Source of the DNA: an uncultured Clostridia bacterium
GTDB taxonomy: Bacteria; Bacillota; Clostridia; Oscillospirales; Acutalibacteraceae
Reading direction: 5' to 3'
Assembly: GCA_944384895.1 (NCBI GenBank)
Contig: CALWVB010000012.1
Location: 1-57,963 of the forward strand
Length of the DNA: 57,963 nucleotides
Positions 8,327 through 17,994 of the stretch are shown here, one piece after another. Each line of letters opens with the position of its first letter. Positions within the stretch are counted from its first letter, which is position 1. Made by a program: the position numbers and the translations under genes. The notes under the pieces were generated by a model. The model was not told where the DNA came from. It ran no database searches and saw only the letters and a list, made by a program, of their open reading frames with translations.

Positions 8327-8444
8327 GCCTTGCCATTATATAGGGGTTCTTCCAATGGATTTAAATTGTAATATTATTGTATTGAATATATTGATATGAT
8401 ATAATAATATCAAATAAAGACGTAAAGGAGGCGTGTTTATTTTT

Positions 8445-8876
8445 ATGGATGTTATGATATTTATCTGGCTTGGTGCAATTGTATTATTTTGTATTGCTGA
8501 AGCTATTACTACTCAGCTCATTGCAATATGGTTTGTCGCCGGTTCAGTCGGAGCATTAATAGCTAGTTTATGCTCAGCTTCTTTATGGCTGCAGTTAATA
8601 ATATTTGTAATTTTATCTGGAATTTTTGTTGTTGCAACACGCCCATTGGCTAAAAAATTTATTAATTCACAAAAAGTGAAAACAAATGCTGACAGAATAA
8701 TAGGCATGACTGCTATTGTTACCGAACCTATTAATAATACTGAGGGAAAAGGACAAGCTAAAGTTGAAGGCCAAATTTGGACTGCGCGTTCTTCAGATAA
8801 CCAGGTTATTCCAGCTGGCGAACAAGTAATTATTGAGAGTATAAACGGTGTAAAAATTATTGTATCCAAAAAATAA
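8445..8876 (+). CDS. NfeD family membrane protein
   Basis: Two or three N-terminal TM helices followed by a soluble OB-fold-like tail (GKGQAKVEGQIWTARS). Immediately upstream of an SPFH gene. The start is ambiguous (GTG 8433 or ATG 8445/8454). Confidence 0.7.
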   Translation: MDVMIFIWLGAIVLFCIAEAITTQLIAIWFVAGSVGALIASLCSASLWLQLIIFVILSGIFVVATRPLAKKFINSQKVKTNADRIIGMTAIVTEPINNTEGKGQAKVEGQIWTARSSDNQVIPAGEQVIIESINGVKIIVSKK

Positions 8877-8907
8877 TATATTTATATAATTTTAAGGAGG
8901 ATAAAAT

Positions 8908-9831
8908 ATGCCTTTTGAAATTAATTTTGTTTTAATTGGTATAATTGCTTTAGTAATAATTGCTATTATTATTTTAATATCAAATATAAAAATCGTTCCT
9001 CAAGCTTATGCATATGTTATTGAAAGCCTTGGTGCGTATAAAGAAACATGGAGTACTGGTCTTCATTTTAAAGTACCATTTTTTCAAAAAGTTGCAAAGG
9101 TTGTTTCTTTAAAAGAACAAGTTGCAGATTTTCCACCTCAACCGGTTATCACAAAAGATAATGTAACAATTCAAATTGATACGGTTATATTTTTCCAAAT
9201 CACTGATCCAAAGCTGTATACATACGGCGTTGAACGTCCGTTGTCAGCTATTGAAAATTTATCGGCTACTACTCTTAGAAATATTATTGGCGACTTGGAG
9301 CTTGACAGTACTTTAACTTCCCGTGATGTTATTAATTCTAAAATACGTTCTATTCTTGATGAAGCTACTGATCCATGGGGTATTAAAGTAAACCGTGTAG
9401 AACTTAAAAATATCATTCCACCGCGTGAAATTCAGGATGCTATGGAAAAACAGATGAAAGCTGAACGTGAACGCCGTGAATCTATCCTTAAAGCTGAAGG
9501 TGAAAAACGCAGCCAGATTCTTGTTGCTGAAGGTCATAAGGAATCTGCTATATTAAGAGCAGAAGCTGTTAAAGAAGCTAAAATCCGTGAAGCAGAAGGT
9601 GAAGCTCAGGCGATTATGCAGGTTCAAAAGGCACTTGCTGATTCTATTGAACTGCTTAATAAAGCAAATCCTCGTGAATCTGTTGTTGCTATAAAAAGCC
9701 TTGAAGCATTTGCAAAGGCTGCTGATGGAAAAGCTACAAAGATTATTATTCCATCAAATATTCAGTCAATGGCTGGACTTGCTACATCACTTAAAGAACT
9801 TATTGTTGATGATAAAAATCCAGGCCAATAG
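8908..9831 (+). CDS. SPFH/Band-7 (stomatin-like) protein
   Basis: N-terminal TM anchor, SPFH core (VPQAYAYVIESLGAYK...ITKDNV) and a Glu/Ala-rich coiled coil EKQMKAERERRESILKAEGEK. AGGAGG RBS. Confidence 0.85.
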   Translation: MPFEINFVLIGIIALVIIAIIILISNIKIVPQAYAYVIESLGAYKETWSTGLHFKVPFFQKVAKVVSLKEQVADFPPQPVITKDNVTIQIDTVIFFQITDPKLYTYGVERPLSAIENLSATTLRNIIGDLELDSTLTSRDVINSKIRSILDEATDPWGIKVNRVELKNIIPPREIQDAMEKQMKAERERRESILKAEGEKRSQILVAEGHKESAILRAEAVKEAKIREAEGEAQAIMQVQKALADSIELLNKANPRESVVAIKSLEAFAKAADGKATKIIIPSNIQSMAGLATSLKELIVDDKNPGQ

Positions 9832-10058
9832 TAATTGTAATATATTACAAAATATTCTATTTTAAATCTCATTTAATATTATAATACGACAAAGTTTTTA
9901 CAATTATTATATTATCTGTTGTTTTTTACAGCAAACTAAAATAAAATATATTTATTGATATTTTTAAGGAGGCGGCTATAGATGATATCTCAGTGTTTCT
10001 GCTATATTCATAGCCTTCCTTCTGGCATTTTTATCTATTAATCGGCTTAGAATATAAT

Positions 10059-10105
10059 AAGGCTGCGCCATAATTTTGGTTGCAGCCTTAACGTTTGTTA
10101 TTTTA
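10059..10105 (+). promoter_or_regulatory. Hairpin plus T-rich tract in the purE leader (possible attenuator/terminator)
   Basis: AAGGCTGC (10059-10066) pairs with GCAGCCTT (10082-10089), followed by aacgTTTGTTATTTT, about 45 nt before purE. Confidence 0.35.
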
Positions 10106-10149
10106 ATTTTTATATTAATATTTATAAGGCTTCGGGAGGTAAATTAAAA

Positions 10150-10656
10150 ATGAATGATATTAAAAAAGTTGCAGTAATTATGGGAAGCGACAGTGACCTT
10201 CCAATTGTCAGCGGCGCTATAAAAGAATTAGAAAAATATGGCGTCCCATATGAAGCTCATGTATGTTCTGCTCACCGTACTCCTAAAATTGCTGCTGAAT
10301 TTGCAGCAAATGCACAGGATAATGGCTTTGGTGTTATTATAGCAGCAGCGGGAAAAGCTGCACATTTAGCCGGAGTATTAGCCGGTAATACTACTTTACC
10401 TGTTATCGGAATTCCTGTAAAAGCTTCTGAGCTTGATGGTATGGATGCATTATTAGCTACAGTTCAGATGCCTCAAGGAGTACCAGTAGCAACTGTAGCA
10501 ATAAACGGAGCTGCAAACGCAGCAATACTTGCAATTCAGATGCTTGCTATAAATAATACTGAACTTCAAAATAAGTTAAAACAATCAAAAGAAGATATGA
10601 TAGCTGGAGTTATCAAAAAGGATAAAGCATTACAGGAAAAATTAAAAGATATATAA
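10150..10656 (+). CDS. purE: 5-(carboxyamino)imidazole ribonucleotide mutase
   Basis: GSDSDLP and SAHRTP (class I) motifs. First gene of the purine cluster. Confidence 0.9.
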   Translation: MNDIKKVAVIMGSDSDLPIVSGAIKELEKYGVPYEAHVCSAHRTPKIAAEFAANAQDNGFGVIIAAAGKAAHLAGVLAGNTTLPVIGIPVKASELDGMDALLATVQMPQGVPVATVAINGAANAAILAIQMLAINNTELQNKLKQSKEDMIAGVIKKDKALQEKLKDI

Positions 10657-10690
10657 TATATAATTATTATGCATTTGGAGGATGTAAATA

Positions 10691-11728
10691 ATGATAAACA
10701 GCTACAGCGACAGTTATAAAAAAGCAGGGGTTGATGTAACTGCCGGATATAGAGCAGTTGAATTAATGAAAGAACATGTTGCCCGTACAAAGATACCAGG
10801 CGTTTTGTCTGGAATAGGTGGTTTTGGCGGATTATTTGAGCTTGACCTTGATGGTATGACAAAACCTGTTCTTGTATCAGGTACAGACGGCGTTGGTACA
10901 AAATTGAAAATTGCATTTTTAGTGGACAAGCATGATACTGTAGGAATTGACTGCGTTGCTATGTGCGTTAATGATATAGTATGCAGCGGTGCAAAACCTC
11001 TTATATTTTTAGATTACATAGCAGTAGGTAAAAACATCCCAGAACGTATCGCTTCTATTGTATCAGGCGTTGCTGAAGGTTGCGTACAGGCAGGCTGCGC
11101 GTTAGTTGGCGGGGAAACGGCTGAAATGCCGGGATTTTATGCAGCCGATGAATATGATTTAGCGGGTTTTTCAGTAGGAGCAGTGGATAAAAGCAAGATT
11201 ATCGACGGTAGTAAAGTAATGCCAGGCGACGCTTTAATTGGTGTTGCTTCTTCAGGCGTACATTCTAATGGTTTTTCTTTAGTTAGAAAAGTATTTGATA
11301 TTGAAAGCGGTATAATTAACAGCCAAATTGATGAATTAGGATGCAGATTAGGCGAATGTCTTCTTACTCCTACAAAAATATATGTAAAACCTCTCTTAGA
11401 GCTTATTTCTAAAATTGATGTTCATGCTATATCTCATATAACAGGCGGCGGTTTTTATGAAAATATCCCGCGTATGTTAAAAGATGATTTAGGCGCTGAT
11501 ATAGAAAAGAAATCAGTTCCTGCACTTCCTATTTTTGATTTGATACAGCGTACAGGCAATATACCTGAACATGATATGTATAACACATTTAATATGGGTA
11601 TGGGATTATGTATAGCAGTATCAAATGATAAAGCAGATGAAGCTGTACGTATATTAAATGCATGCGGTGAAAGAGCTTTTATTGCCGGTACTGTTACTGA
11701 TAAACATACAGGTGTTGAAATAAAATAA
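10691..11728 (+). CDS. purM: Phosphoribosylformylglycinamidine cyclo-ligase (AIR synthetase)
   Basis: [16 protein letters not shown] and GGETAEMPG motifs; 345 aa. Confidence 0.9.
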   Translation: MINSYSDSYKKAGVDVTAGYRAVELMKEHVARTKIPGVLSGIGGFGGLFELDLDGMTKPVLVSGTDGVGTKLKIAFLVDKHDTVGIDCVAMCVNDIVCSGAKPLIFLDYIAVGKNIPERIASIVSGVAEGCVQAGCALVGGETAEMPGFYAADEYDLAGFSVGAVDKSKIIDGSKVMPGDALIGVASSGVHSNGFSLVRKVFDIESGIINSQIDELGCRLGECLLTPTKIYVKPLLELISKIDVHAISHITGGGFYENIPRMLKDDLGADIEKKSVPALPIFDLIQRTGNIPEHDMYNTFNMGMGLCIAVSNDKADEAVRILNACGERAFIAGTVTDKHTGVEIK

Positions 11729-11745
11729 CAACGGGGTAAATATCT

Positions 11746-12372
11746 ATGAAAAATATAGCTGTATTAGTATCAGGAGGCGGTACTAACTTGCAGGCGCTTA
11801 TTGATGCCGCAAATAATGGCGAAATAATAAACGGGAAAATTGCCTGCGTTATATCAAGCCGTGATAATGTTTATGCTTTGCAACGCGCTAAAAACGCTGA
11901 TATTCCAGCGGAAGTTGTAAGCCGTAAGTCTTTTTCATCAGCAGAACAGTTTGATGAAGCTTTATTAAAATGTATAAAAAAATATAATGCCGATATAATT
12001 GTGATGGCAGGATTTCTTTGTATAGTCGGACAAAATATCATAAAAGAATATCCTAATAAAATTATTAATATTCATCCGTCGTTAATACCATCTTTTTGCG
12101 GCGATGGCTTTTATGGCCTTAAAGTACATAAAGCAGCATTGGATTACGGCGTAAAAGTTTCCGGAGCTACAGTTCATTTTGTAAATGAAATAACTGACGG
12201 CGGAACAATTATACTTCAAAAGGCTGTTGAAATCCAAGAAGGCGATACTCCGGAAATATTACAAAAAAGAATTATGGAACAGGCTGAATGGAAGCTGCTT
12301 CCTAAAGCTGTATCACTTGTATGCCAGGATAAAGTTAAAGTAATAGGTAACAGGACAATAATAGAGGAATAA
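11746..12372 (+). CDS. purN: Phosphoribosylglycinamide formyltransferase
   Basis: VLVSGGGTNLQALID N-terminus, INIHPSLIPSF and GATVHFV motifs. Confidence 0.9.
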   Translation: MKNIAVLVSGGGTNLQALIDAANNGEIINGKIACVISSRDNVYALQRAKNADIPAEVVSRKSFSSAEQFDEALLKCIKKYNADIIVMAGFLCIVGQNIIKEYPNKIINIHPSLIPSFCGDGFYGLKVHKAALDYGVKVSGATVHFVNEITDGGTIILQKAVEIQEGDTPEILQKRIMEQAEWKLLPKAVSLVCQDKVKVIGNRTIIEE

Positions 12373-12407
12373 ATAATATTTTAAAATATAGGGAGGATTA
12401 TTGAATA

Positions 12408-13955
12408 ATGAACAGACGTGCAATTATCAGTGTATCCGACAAAACAGGCGTAGTAGACTTTGCAAAAAGCCTTACTGAATTGGGTTTTGAGGTGCTTTCT
12501 ACAGGCGGTACATCTAAAGTATTAACTGAAGCTGGTATAAAAGTTACAAATGTTTCAGATGTAACAGGTTTTCCTGAATGTTTGGATGGAAGAGTAAAAA
12601 CTTTGCATCCTATGATTCATGCGGGCATACTTGCTATGCGTTCAAATCCGGAACATATGCAGCAGCTTGAAAAATTAGGCGTTACTCCTATCGATGTTGT
12701 TGCTATTAATCTTTATCCATTTAAACAAACAATATTAAAACCGGATGTAACTTTAGAAGATGCTATTGAAAATATAGATATAGGCGGACCTACTATGATA
12801 AGGGCTGCAGCTAAAAACTGGCAGGATGTAGCTGTTATAGTCGACCCTAATGATTATGCTAAGGTTATTGAAGAATATAAACAGAATAATGAAGTAAGCC
12901 GTGAAACAAAATTTGCTCTTGCCGGTAAAGTATTCGATCATACAGCGGCATATGACGCGCTTATTTGTAACTATCTTCGTAAGCAGAGGGGAGAGGAACA
13001 ATTCCCTGAAACTGCAACATTTACATATGAAAAGGTTCAAGATATGCGCTATGGCGAAAATCCTCATCAGCCGGCTGCATTCTATCGTGAAGTAGGCAAT
13101 CATAATAATACAATTGATGCAGCTGAACAGCTTCACGGTAAAGAATTATCTTATAATAATATCAACGATGCTAACGGCGCGCTTGATTTATTAAAAGAAT
13201 TTGGCTGGGAAGTACCTACAGCTATCGGTGTAAAACATGCCAATCCATGCGGCGTAGGTATTGGTAAGGATATTCATGAAGCTTATCTTAAAGCGTATGA
13301 ATCAGATCCAGTTTCAATATTCGGCGGTATTGTAGCTCTTAATAGGCCTGTTGATTTAGCTACAGCTCAGGAATTAGCTAAAATTTTCCTGGAAATAATT
13401 ATAGCTCCTGATTTTGATAAAGACGCTTTAGAAGTACTTACTAAAAAGAAAAATATTAGGTTGTTAAAATTACCAAAATGTGCTGATGCTAATTCATCTG
13501 AACTGCTTGATATGAAAAAGGTAGCAGGCGGATTATTAGTACAAAGACTTGATACAAAATTATTAGGCGATGAATTAAAGGTAGTAACAGACCGCGCTCC
13601 AACAGATGCTGAAATGGAACAGTTATTATTCGCATGGAAAATTGTTAAACATACAAAATCAAATGGTATAGCCCTTGCTAAAGACGGACATTCTGTAGGT
13701 ATTGGACCAGGTCAAACTAATAGAATTACTGCATTAGAACTTGCTATAAAATACGGCGGTGAAAATGTAAAAGGTTCTGTTATGGCAAGCGATGCTTTCT
13801 TCCCATTCTCCGATTGTGTTGAAGCTGCTGCAAAAGCTGGTATAACAGCTATTATTCAGCCAGGTGGATCAATTAGAGATGAAGACAGTATTAAAGCCTG
13901 TAATGAAGCTGGAATCGCTATGGTATTTACCGGAATGAGGCATTTTAAACACTAA
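12408..13955 (+). CDS. purH: Bifunctional AICAR formyltransferase / IMP cyclohydrolase
   Basis: MGS-like N-terminus (ALISVSDK-type, RVKTLHP). AICARFT region KHANPCG and C-terminal FTGMRHFKH. Confidence 0.92.
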   Translation: MNRRAIISVSDKTGVVDFAKSLTELGFEVLSTGGTSKVLTEAGIKVTNVSDVTGFPECLDGRVKTLHPMIHAGILAMRSNPEHMQQLEKLGVTPIDVVAINLYPFKQTILKPDVTLEDAIENIDIGGPTMIRAAAKNWQDVAVIVDPNDYAKVIEEYKQNNEVSRETKFALAGKVFDHTAAYDALICNYLRKQRGEEQFPETATFTYEKVQDMRYGENPHQPAAFYREVGNHNNTIDAAEQLHGKELSYNNINDANGALDLLKEFGWEVPTAIGVKHANPCGVGIGKDIHEAYLKAYESDPVSIFGGIVALNRPVDLATAQELAKIFLEIIIAPDFDKDALEVLTKKKNIRLLKLPKCADANSSELLDMKKVAGGLLVQRLDTKLLGDELKVVTDRAPTDAEMEQLLFAWKIVKHTKSNGIALAKDGHSVGIGPGQTNRITALELAIKYGGENVKGSVMASDAFFPFSDCVEAAAKAGITAIIQPGGSIRDEDSIKACNEAGIAMVFTGMRHFKH

Positions 13956-13985
13956 TCCCCTTTTTTATGGAGGTAAAATTTTATT

Positions 13986-15251
13986 ATGGATATTTTAATG
14001 ATAGGCAGCGGCGGCCGTGAACATGCTCTCATTAGGCAGTTAAATAAAAGCGCTAAGGTTAATAAGATATATTGTGCTCCAGGTAATGGTGGAATATCAA
14101 GAGAAGCAGAATGTTTTAATGTAAGCGCTACAGATATCCCAGGCGTTGTACAGCTTGCTAAACAATTAAAGCCTGATATGGTTTTTGTTGCTATGGATGA
14201 TCCTTTAGTTGCAGGTATGGTTGATGAATTAAATAAAGCTGGTTTTAGAGCATTTGGACCGGATAAAAAAGCCGCTATAATTGAAGGAAGTAAAGTTTTT
14301 TCTAAAAATCTTATGAAAAAATATAATATTCCAACAGCGGGATATGATGTATTTGATAATGCCCAAGATGCATTAAATTTTATAGAAAAACAGAATAAAT
14401 ATCCTACTGTTATTAAAGCTGACGGTCTTGCATTAGGTAAAGGAGTAATTATTGCAGAAAATTATGATATGGCTAAAGATGCTGTAAAATCCATTATGGA
14501 AGATAAAATCTTTGGCCAGTCAGGCAATAAAGTAGTAGTAGAAGAATTTATAGAAGGTCCTGAAGTGTCTGTACTTTCCTTCTGTGACGGTAAAACTGTT
14601 GTGCCTATGGTATCTTCAAAAGATCATAAACGTGCTTATGACGGCAATAAAGGACCAAATACAGGCGGTATGGGTACAGTAAGTCCTAATCCATATTATG
14701 ATGGCCAGATGGCTAAACGCTGTATGGATGAAATATTTATTCCAACAGTTAAGGCTATGGCTAATGAAGGACGTCCGTTTAAAGGTTGTCTTTATTTTGG
14801 TCTTATGCTTACAAAAGACGGTCCAAAAGTAATCGAATATAACTGTCGGTTTGGGGATCCAGAAGCTCAGGTTGTGTTACCACGATTAAAAACAGATATT
14901 ATTGATATTCTTAATGCAGTCATAGATGAACGTTTGGACGAAATTAATATTGAGTGGTCGGATGAAGCATGTGCCTGCGTTGTTATGGCATCCGGTGGTT
15001 ACCCTAAATCATATAAGAAAGGTATAGAAATTACTGGTCTTAATGATGATGGACAGATTGAAGGCGCTATAGTTTATCATGCTGGAACAGCATATAAAGA
15101 CGGTAAATTTTATACTAACGGCGGTAGGGTATTAGGTATTACAGCTACAGGAAAAACTCTTGATGATGCGCTTGATAAAGCATATGGAGCTGTTAAACGT
15201 ATACATTTTGATGGAAATGAATATCGTACTGATATAGGTAAAATAAAATAG
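13986..15251 (+). CDS. purD: Phosphoribosylamine-glycine ligase
   Basis: GSGGREHAL N-terminus and ATP-grasp core (EEFIEGPEVSV, EYNCRFGDPE). Confidence 0.92.
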   Translation: MDILMIGSGGREHALIRQLNKSAKVNKIYCAPGNGGISREAECFNVSATDIPGVVQLAKQLKPDMVFVAMDDPLVAGMVDELNKAGFRAFGPDKKAAIIEGSKVFSKNLMKKYNIPTAGYDVFDNAQDALNFIEKQNKYPTVIKADGLALGKGVIIAENYDMAKDAVKSIMEDKIFGQSGNKVVVEEFIEGPEVSVLSFCDGKTVVPMVSSKDHKRAYDGNKGPNTGGMGTVSPNPYYDGQMAKRCMDEIFIPTVKAMANEGRPFKGCLYFGLMLTKDGPKVIEYNCRFGDPEAQVVLPRLKTDIIDILNAVIDERLDEINIEWSDEACACVVMASGGYPKSYKKGIEITGLNDDGQIEGAIVYHAGTAYKDGKFYTNGGRVLGITATGKTLDDALDKAYGAVKRIHFDGNEYRTDIGKIK

Positions 15252-15297
15252 AAAGATTATATTCAGTAACGTTTAAAGCTAACGTTTAAGAAAAAAA

Positions 15298-15387
15298 GAG
15301 GGGACACCCGCGGGCGGCTATTTAGCCGCCCCTGCATTTGCAGGGAATGCATCTTTTGAGATGCATTCCGCGGGCGTCCCTCCCTCT
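15298..15387. other. GC-rich four-way-junction palindrome cluster (outer stem enclosing three perfect hairpins)
   Basis: GAGGGGACACCCGCGG pairs with CCGCGGGCGTCCCTCCCTC. The stem encloses GCGGCTA/TAGCCGC, CCCTGCA/TGCAGGG and GAATGCATCT/AGATGCATTC with no linkers. A7 lies upstream on + (U7 on the minus strand). Confidence 0.6.
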
Positions 15388-15458
15388 TTATCTCAGGTAC
15401 ATTTTTATAGCTCTTTAACATAGTACTACCCGTTTATATAGATAAAATATTTATTCAC

Positions 15459-15838
15459 TTTTCTAAGATAATTTAAATCACTCAAAACAAAAGAATAAAT
15501 AATAAACTAAGATAAAAAATGAAAAGATAATGTAAAAGTACCGATTATGGAGGCGCCTGCGCAGCGCATCTAAAGATGCGCTTTACGCAAAATAATTTCT
15601 TAAATACTAAGGCTGAGTTAAAAAGAGAAACTAGTATTATCTTAAATGCTCATCATATTTATATAGAAAATTATTTTGCATTTGGCAACCATATGAAATA
15701 TGGTTGCACGCAGGCGCCCCCTTTTTTTACGGTAACGTAACCTGAAATGTTTTCTTTAATATATATTGCAATTTTTACTTTCATTTTTATATATTGTTTG
15801 ATTTGAGATAATATAGCTTTAAGTATTCTTCATACGTT
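15459..15838 (-). repeat. Extended homology unit, copy 2 (inverted relative to copy 1)
   Basis: The reverse complement aligns with 6254-6605, including both flanks of the core. It retains the GTATGAA..AGCTAT segment that in copy 1 overlaps the 5' edge of the tnpA remnant, but has no transposase ORF. Confidence 0.75.
15549..15721 (-). ncRNA. Candidate structured core, copy 2
   Basis: The same four paired regions as copy 1 have identical stem sequences, apart from one A/C mismatch in the outer stem (GGAGG versus CCCCC). Hairpin loops and the ~65-nt interior differ. Confidence 0.5.
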
Positions 15839-15852
15839 AAAAATATAAAAAT

Positions 15853-15904
15853 AAAAAAATCAATCCCTTAAGATTAATTAATTTTTGAGGGATTGATTTT
15901 TTTA
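15853..15904. terminator. Bidirectional Rho-independent terminator
   Basis: A7-ATCAATCCCT...AGGGATTGAT-T7. Confidence 0.65.
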
Positions 15905-16029
15905 TTATGTCTACTTAAAATTATTATATTAATTTTCTAATCATATTAATTTATTTAGCTGCATATTTATTTTATAAACAATCACGGACAAAATTATTAT
16001 AATTTTAATATATAAGGAGTGTTTATAAT

Positions 16030-16296
16030 ATGGGACTTCCAGCTAAAATTATATTAATAGCTTTAGGCGTTATATTACTAATAATGCTGATATGGTCAAT
16101 AATAAAAACGGGAAAACCATTTAAAGCAATTGTTAAGACATGTGCAACAGGTATTGGAGCACTTGCTGCAATAAATTTATTAGGCGTTTTTACCGGAGTA
16201 ACTATACCGCTAAATACTATTAGTTTAGTAGGAGTATCAGTTCTTGGAGCCCCAGGCGCCGCTGCTTTATTATTAGCTAATCTTGTATTTAAATAA
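16030..16296 (+). CDS. bofA: Pro-sigma-K processing inhibitor BofA
   Basis: 88-aa two-TM protein. The C-terminal LGAPGAAALLLANLVFK resembles the BofA signature LGIPGIAALVV. AAGGAG RBS. Confidence 0.7.
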   Translation: MGLPAKIILIALGVILLIMLIWSIIKTGKPFKAIVKTCATGIGALAAINLLGVFTGVTIPLNTISLVGVSVLGAPGAAALLLANLVFK

Positions 16297-16305
16297 TAAA
16301 GATTT

Positions 16306-16896
16306 CTATTCAGCGTGGTTAAAATATTCTGTAAATGCTTCTATATCACCTGTTAAAAGGGCTACAACAGAGTGAAATACTAAACTTGGATCAGTTTTTA
16401 TAAGCTGGTTTTTTATAATATCTGCAGTCTCCTTATTAGGTACAAGCAATTTTATTGTTGTAAGCTCTAAATTGCCGTCGTTTATAGTACAATATAGATA
16501 ACAGCTATTATTTTCTTGTTTAAATTCAAAATTAGTTTCACGTTCACGTTTTATTATAGTAAGTATATCCATAGCAGCTTTAGTTGCTTTTTCTCTAACA
16601 GTACGAGGCAAAGATGATTCAAGTTGTGAAATAATTGTATTGCCTGAATCAGTTAGCTGCAAATAGATAAAATCTTTTGTTTCTGATTCAATAATATGAC
16701 CTTTACTAAGAAGATTATTAATTGCATCATGCATTTCAAAATAATTAGCTAATCCATCTTTTACTGCTGATTCTACAATAGTTTCCCTGGATAACTTACC
16801 ATATGATTTTAATAAATAACAAACTAATAATTTTATCTGGTCTGTATTATTAAGTCCGCCTGGTACAACTCCAGCCGTAGATGCATTTATTTCCAA
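16306..16896 (-). CDS. Hypothetical protein, DUF4364-like (putative wHTH regulator)
   Basis: 196-aa ORF behind AGGAGG. The layout (N-terminal KLLVCYLL helix region, C-terminal beta-rich half) recalls DUF4364; assignment is from memory only. Confidence 0.4.
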   Translation of the reverse strand: MEINASTAGVVPGGLNNTDQIKLLVCYLLKSYGKLSRETIVESAVKDGLANYFEMHDAINNLLSKGHIIESETKDFIYLQLTDSGNTIISQLESSLPRTVREKATKAAMDILTIIKRERETNFEFKQENNSCYLYCTINDGNLELTTIKLLVPNKETADIIKNQLIKTDPSLVFHSVVALLTGDIEAFTEYFNHAE

Positions 16897-17002
16897 ATTA
16901 TCTGCCTCCTTTTTTTATTATATTACAATTGATTTGACAGTATAATTAATGGGTAATATAATAAAATCAGTAATTTTATAATATTAATAATAATTAGGAT
17001 GC

Positions 17003-17617
17003 GTGTTTAATGTGAATAATAATATAAATGATATTAATGTTGCATGGCCTAAAATAAAACGCTCGTCTAAAATGATATATGATAGGGGAGGGTTTTATAA
17101 TCAGCCAAGATTGAGGATACAAAAAGACGGCTGGATTATAACAGCTACTATTATATCATCAATTAATTCAAAATTAATAACTACTGATTATACAAGTATT
17201 AGAGCTGTTTATATCCCATGCGTCCCATATAAACTTTCTATAGACAGCGAAGGTATGTTCACATATAATTCCGGTGAAGATAATCTTGAAAAAGTTGTTA
17301 CCGGGTTTAATGATTTTGATAGATTATTTGATATATATTCTTCTGATATTAATATAACAAAAACTTTTTTAAAAGATTATAAAATTAAAAATGGAATCTC
17401 TCAAATAACAGATGTTCATATTAAAATGCCTGTTAAACCATTTGTATTTGAAAATTATAAAAATAATGAACAAATATTATGTTATGAATCAAAAGGTATT
17501 ATATTAAATCCAAATGATATATATAAAATTATGCTTTCTTTAATAAAAATTCTTAATATCCTTTATAATAACAAAATTATTGATAAACCTAAAATATTAA
17601 GTGGAACTTCTTTATAA
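17003..17617 (+). CDS. Hypothetical protein
   Basis: Long ORF with a GTG start (alternative ATG at 17069). No motif recognised. Asn/Ile-rich. Confidence 0.4.
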   Translation: MFNVNNNINDINVAWPKIKRSSKMIYDRGGFYNQPRLRIQKDGWIITATIISSINSKLITTDYTSIRAVYIPCVPYKLSIDSEGMFTYNSGEDNLEKVVTGFNDFDRLFDIYSSDINITKTFLKDYKIKNGISQITDVHIKMPVKPFVFENYKNNEQILCYESKGIILNPNDIYKIMLSLIKILNILYNNKIIDKPKILSGTSL

Positions 17618-17670
17618 ATCTTACAGCTATAACTGATAAAAATGTTATGGCTGTTTTTTATATAATTTTT

Positions 17671-17994
17671 TTATTTTATTATATAATCAATCACTTTCTG
17701 AGTAATATATGCAGCGGCAGTTGCTGATAAAGAAACTGTTAATAAACCTTTTTTAAAAAATGCTAATAATAGTGCTACAGCCAAGGCTATACCTCCGGCT
17801 ATCATACTAGATGTGGAATAAAGTATTTCAGGGAAGGTCATAGCTCCAAGTACTGCATATGGGACATAATCAAGAAATGATTTTATATAAATATTTTTAA
17901 TTTTTTTCTTAAAAAATACCATAGGAACCATTCTTATAATATATGTAAGGGCAGCCATTATAAATATAGATATAAGTATTCTTGTATAATCCAT
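17671..17994 (-). CDS. azlD: Branched-chain amino acid transport protein AzlD
   Basis: 107-aa protein with four hydrophobic segments. Its start overlaps the stop of the azlC-like gene. Confidence 0.75.
   Translation of the reverse strand: MDYTRILISIFIMAALTYIIRMVPMVFFKKKIKNIYIKSFLDYVPYAVLGAMTFPEILYSTSSMIAGGIALAVALLLAFFKKGLLTVSLSATAAAYITQKVIDYIIK

Noticed and set aside
9832-10149. Purine (guanine/adenine) or ZTP riboswitch in the purE leader
   Set aside because: GTTTCTGC at about 10000 superficially resembles the J2/3 GUUUCUAC. The three-way junction, the UAUNNNG/GAUAUGG P2 loop and the CCGUAAA P3 loop are absent. No pfl/ZTP pseudoknot core (GGGUCGUGAC...CCGCCUGGGC) is present.
15298-15387. 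The cloverleaf-shaped element as a tRNA or tRNA-like gene
   Set aside because: All three arms are perfect palindromes with 2-4 nt loops. There is no 7-nt anticodon loop, no T-loop GTTCRA, no D-loop and no CCA context. The outer stem is about 13 bp rather than 7.
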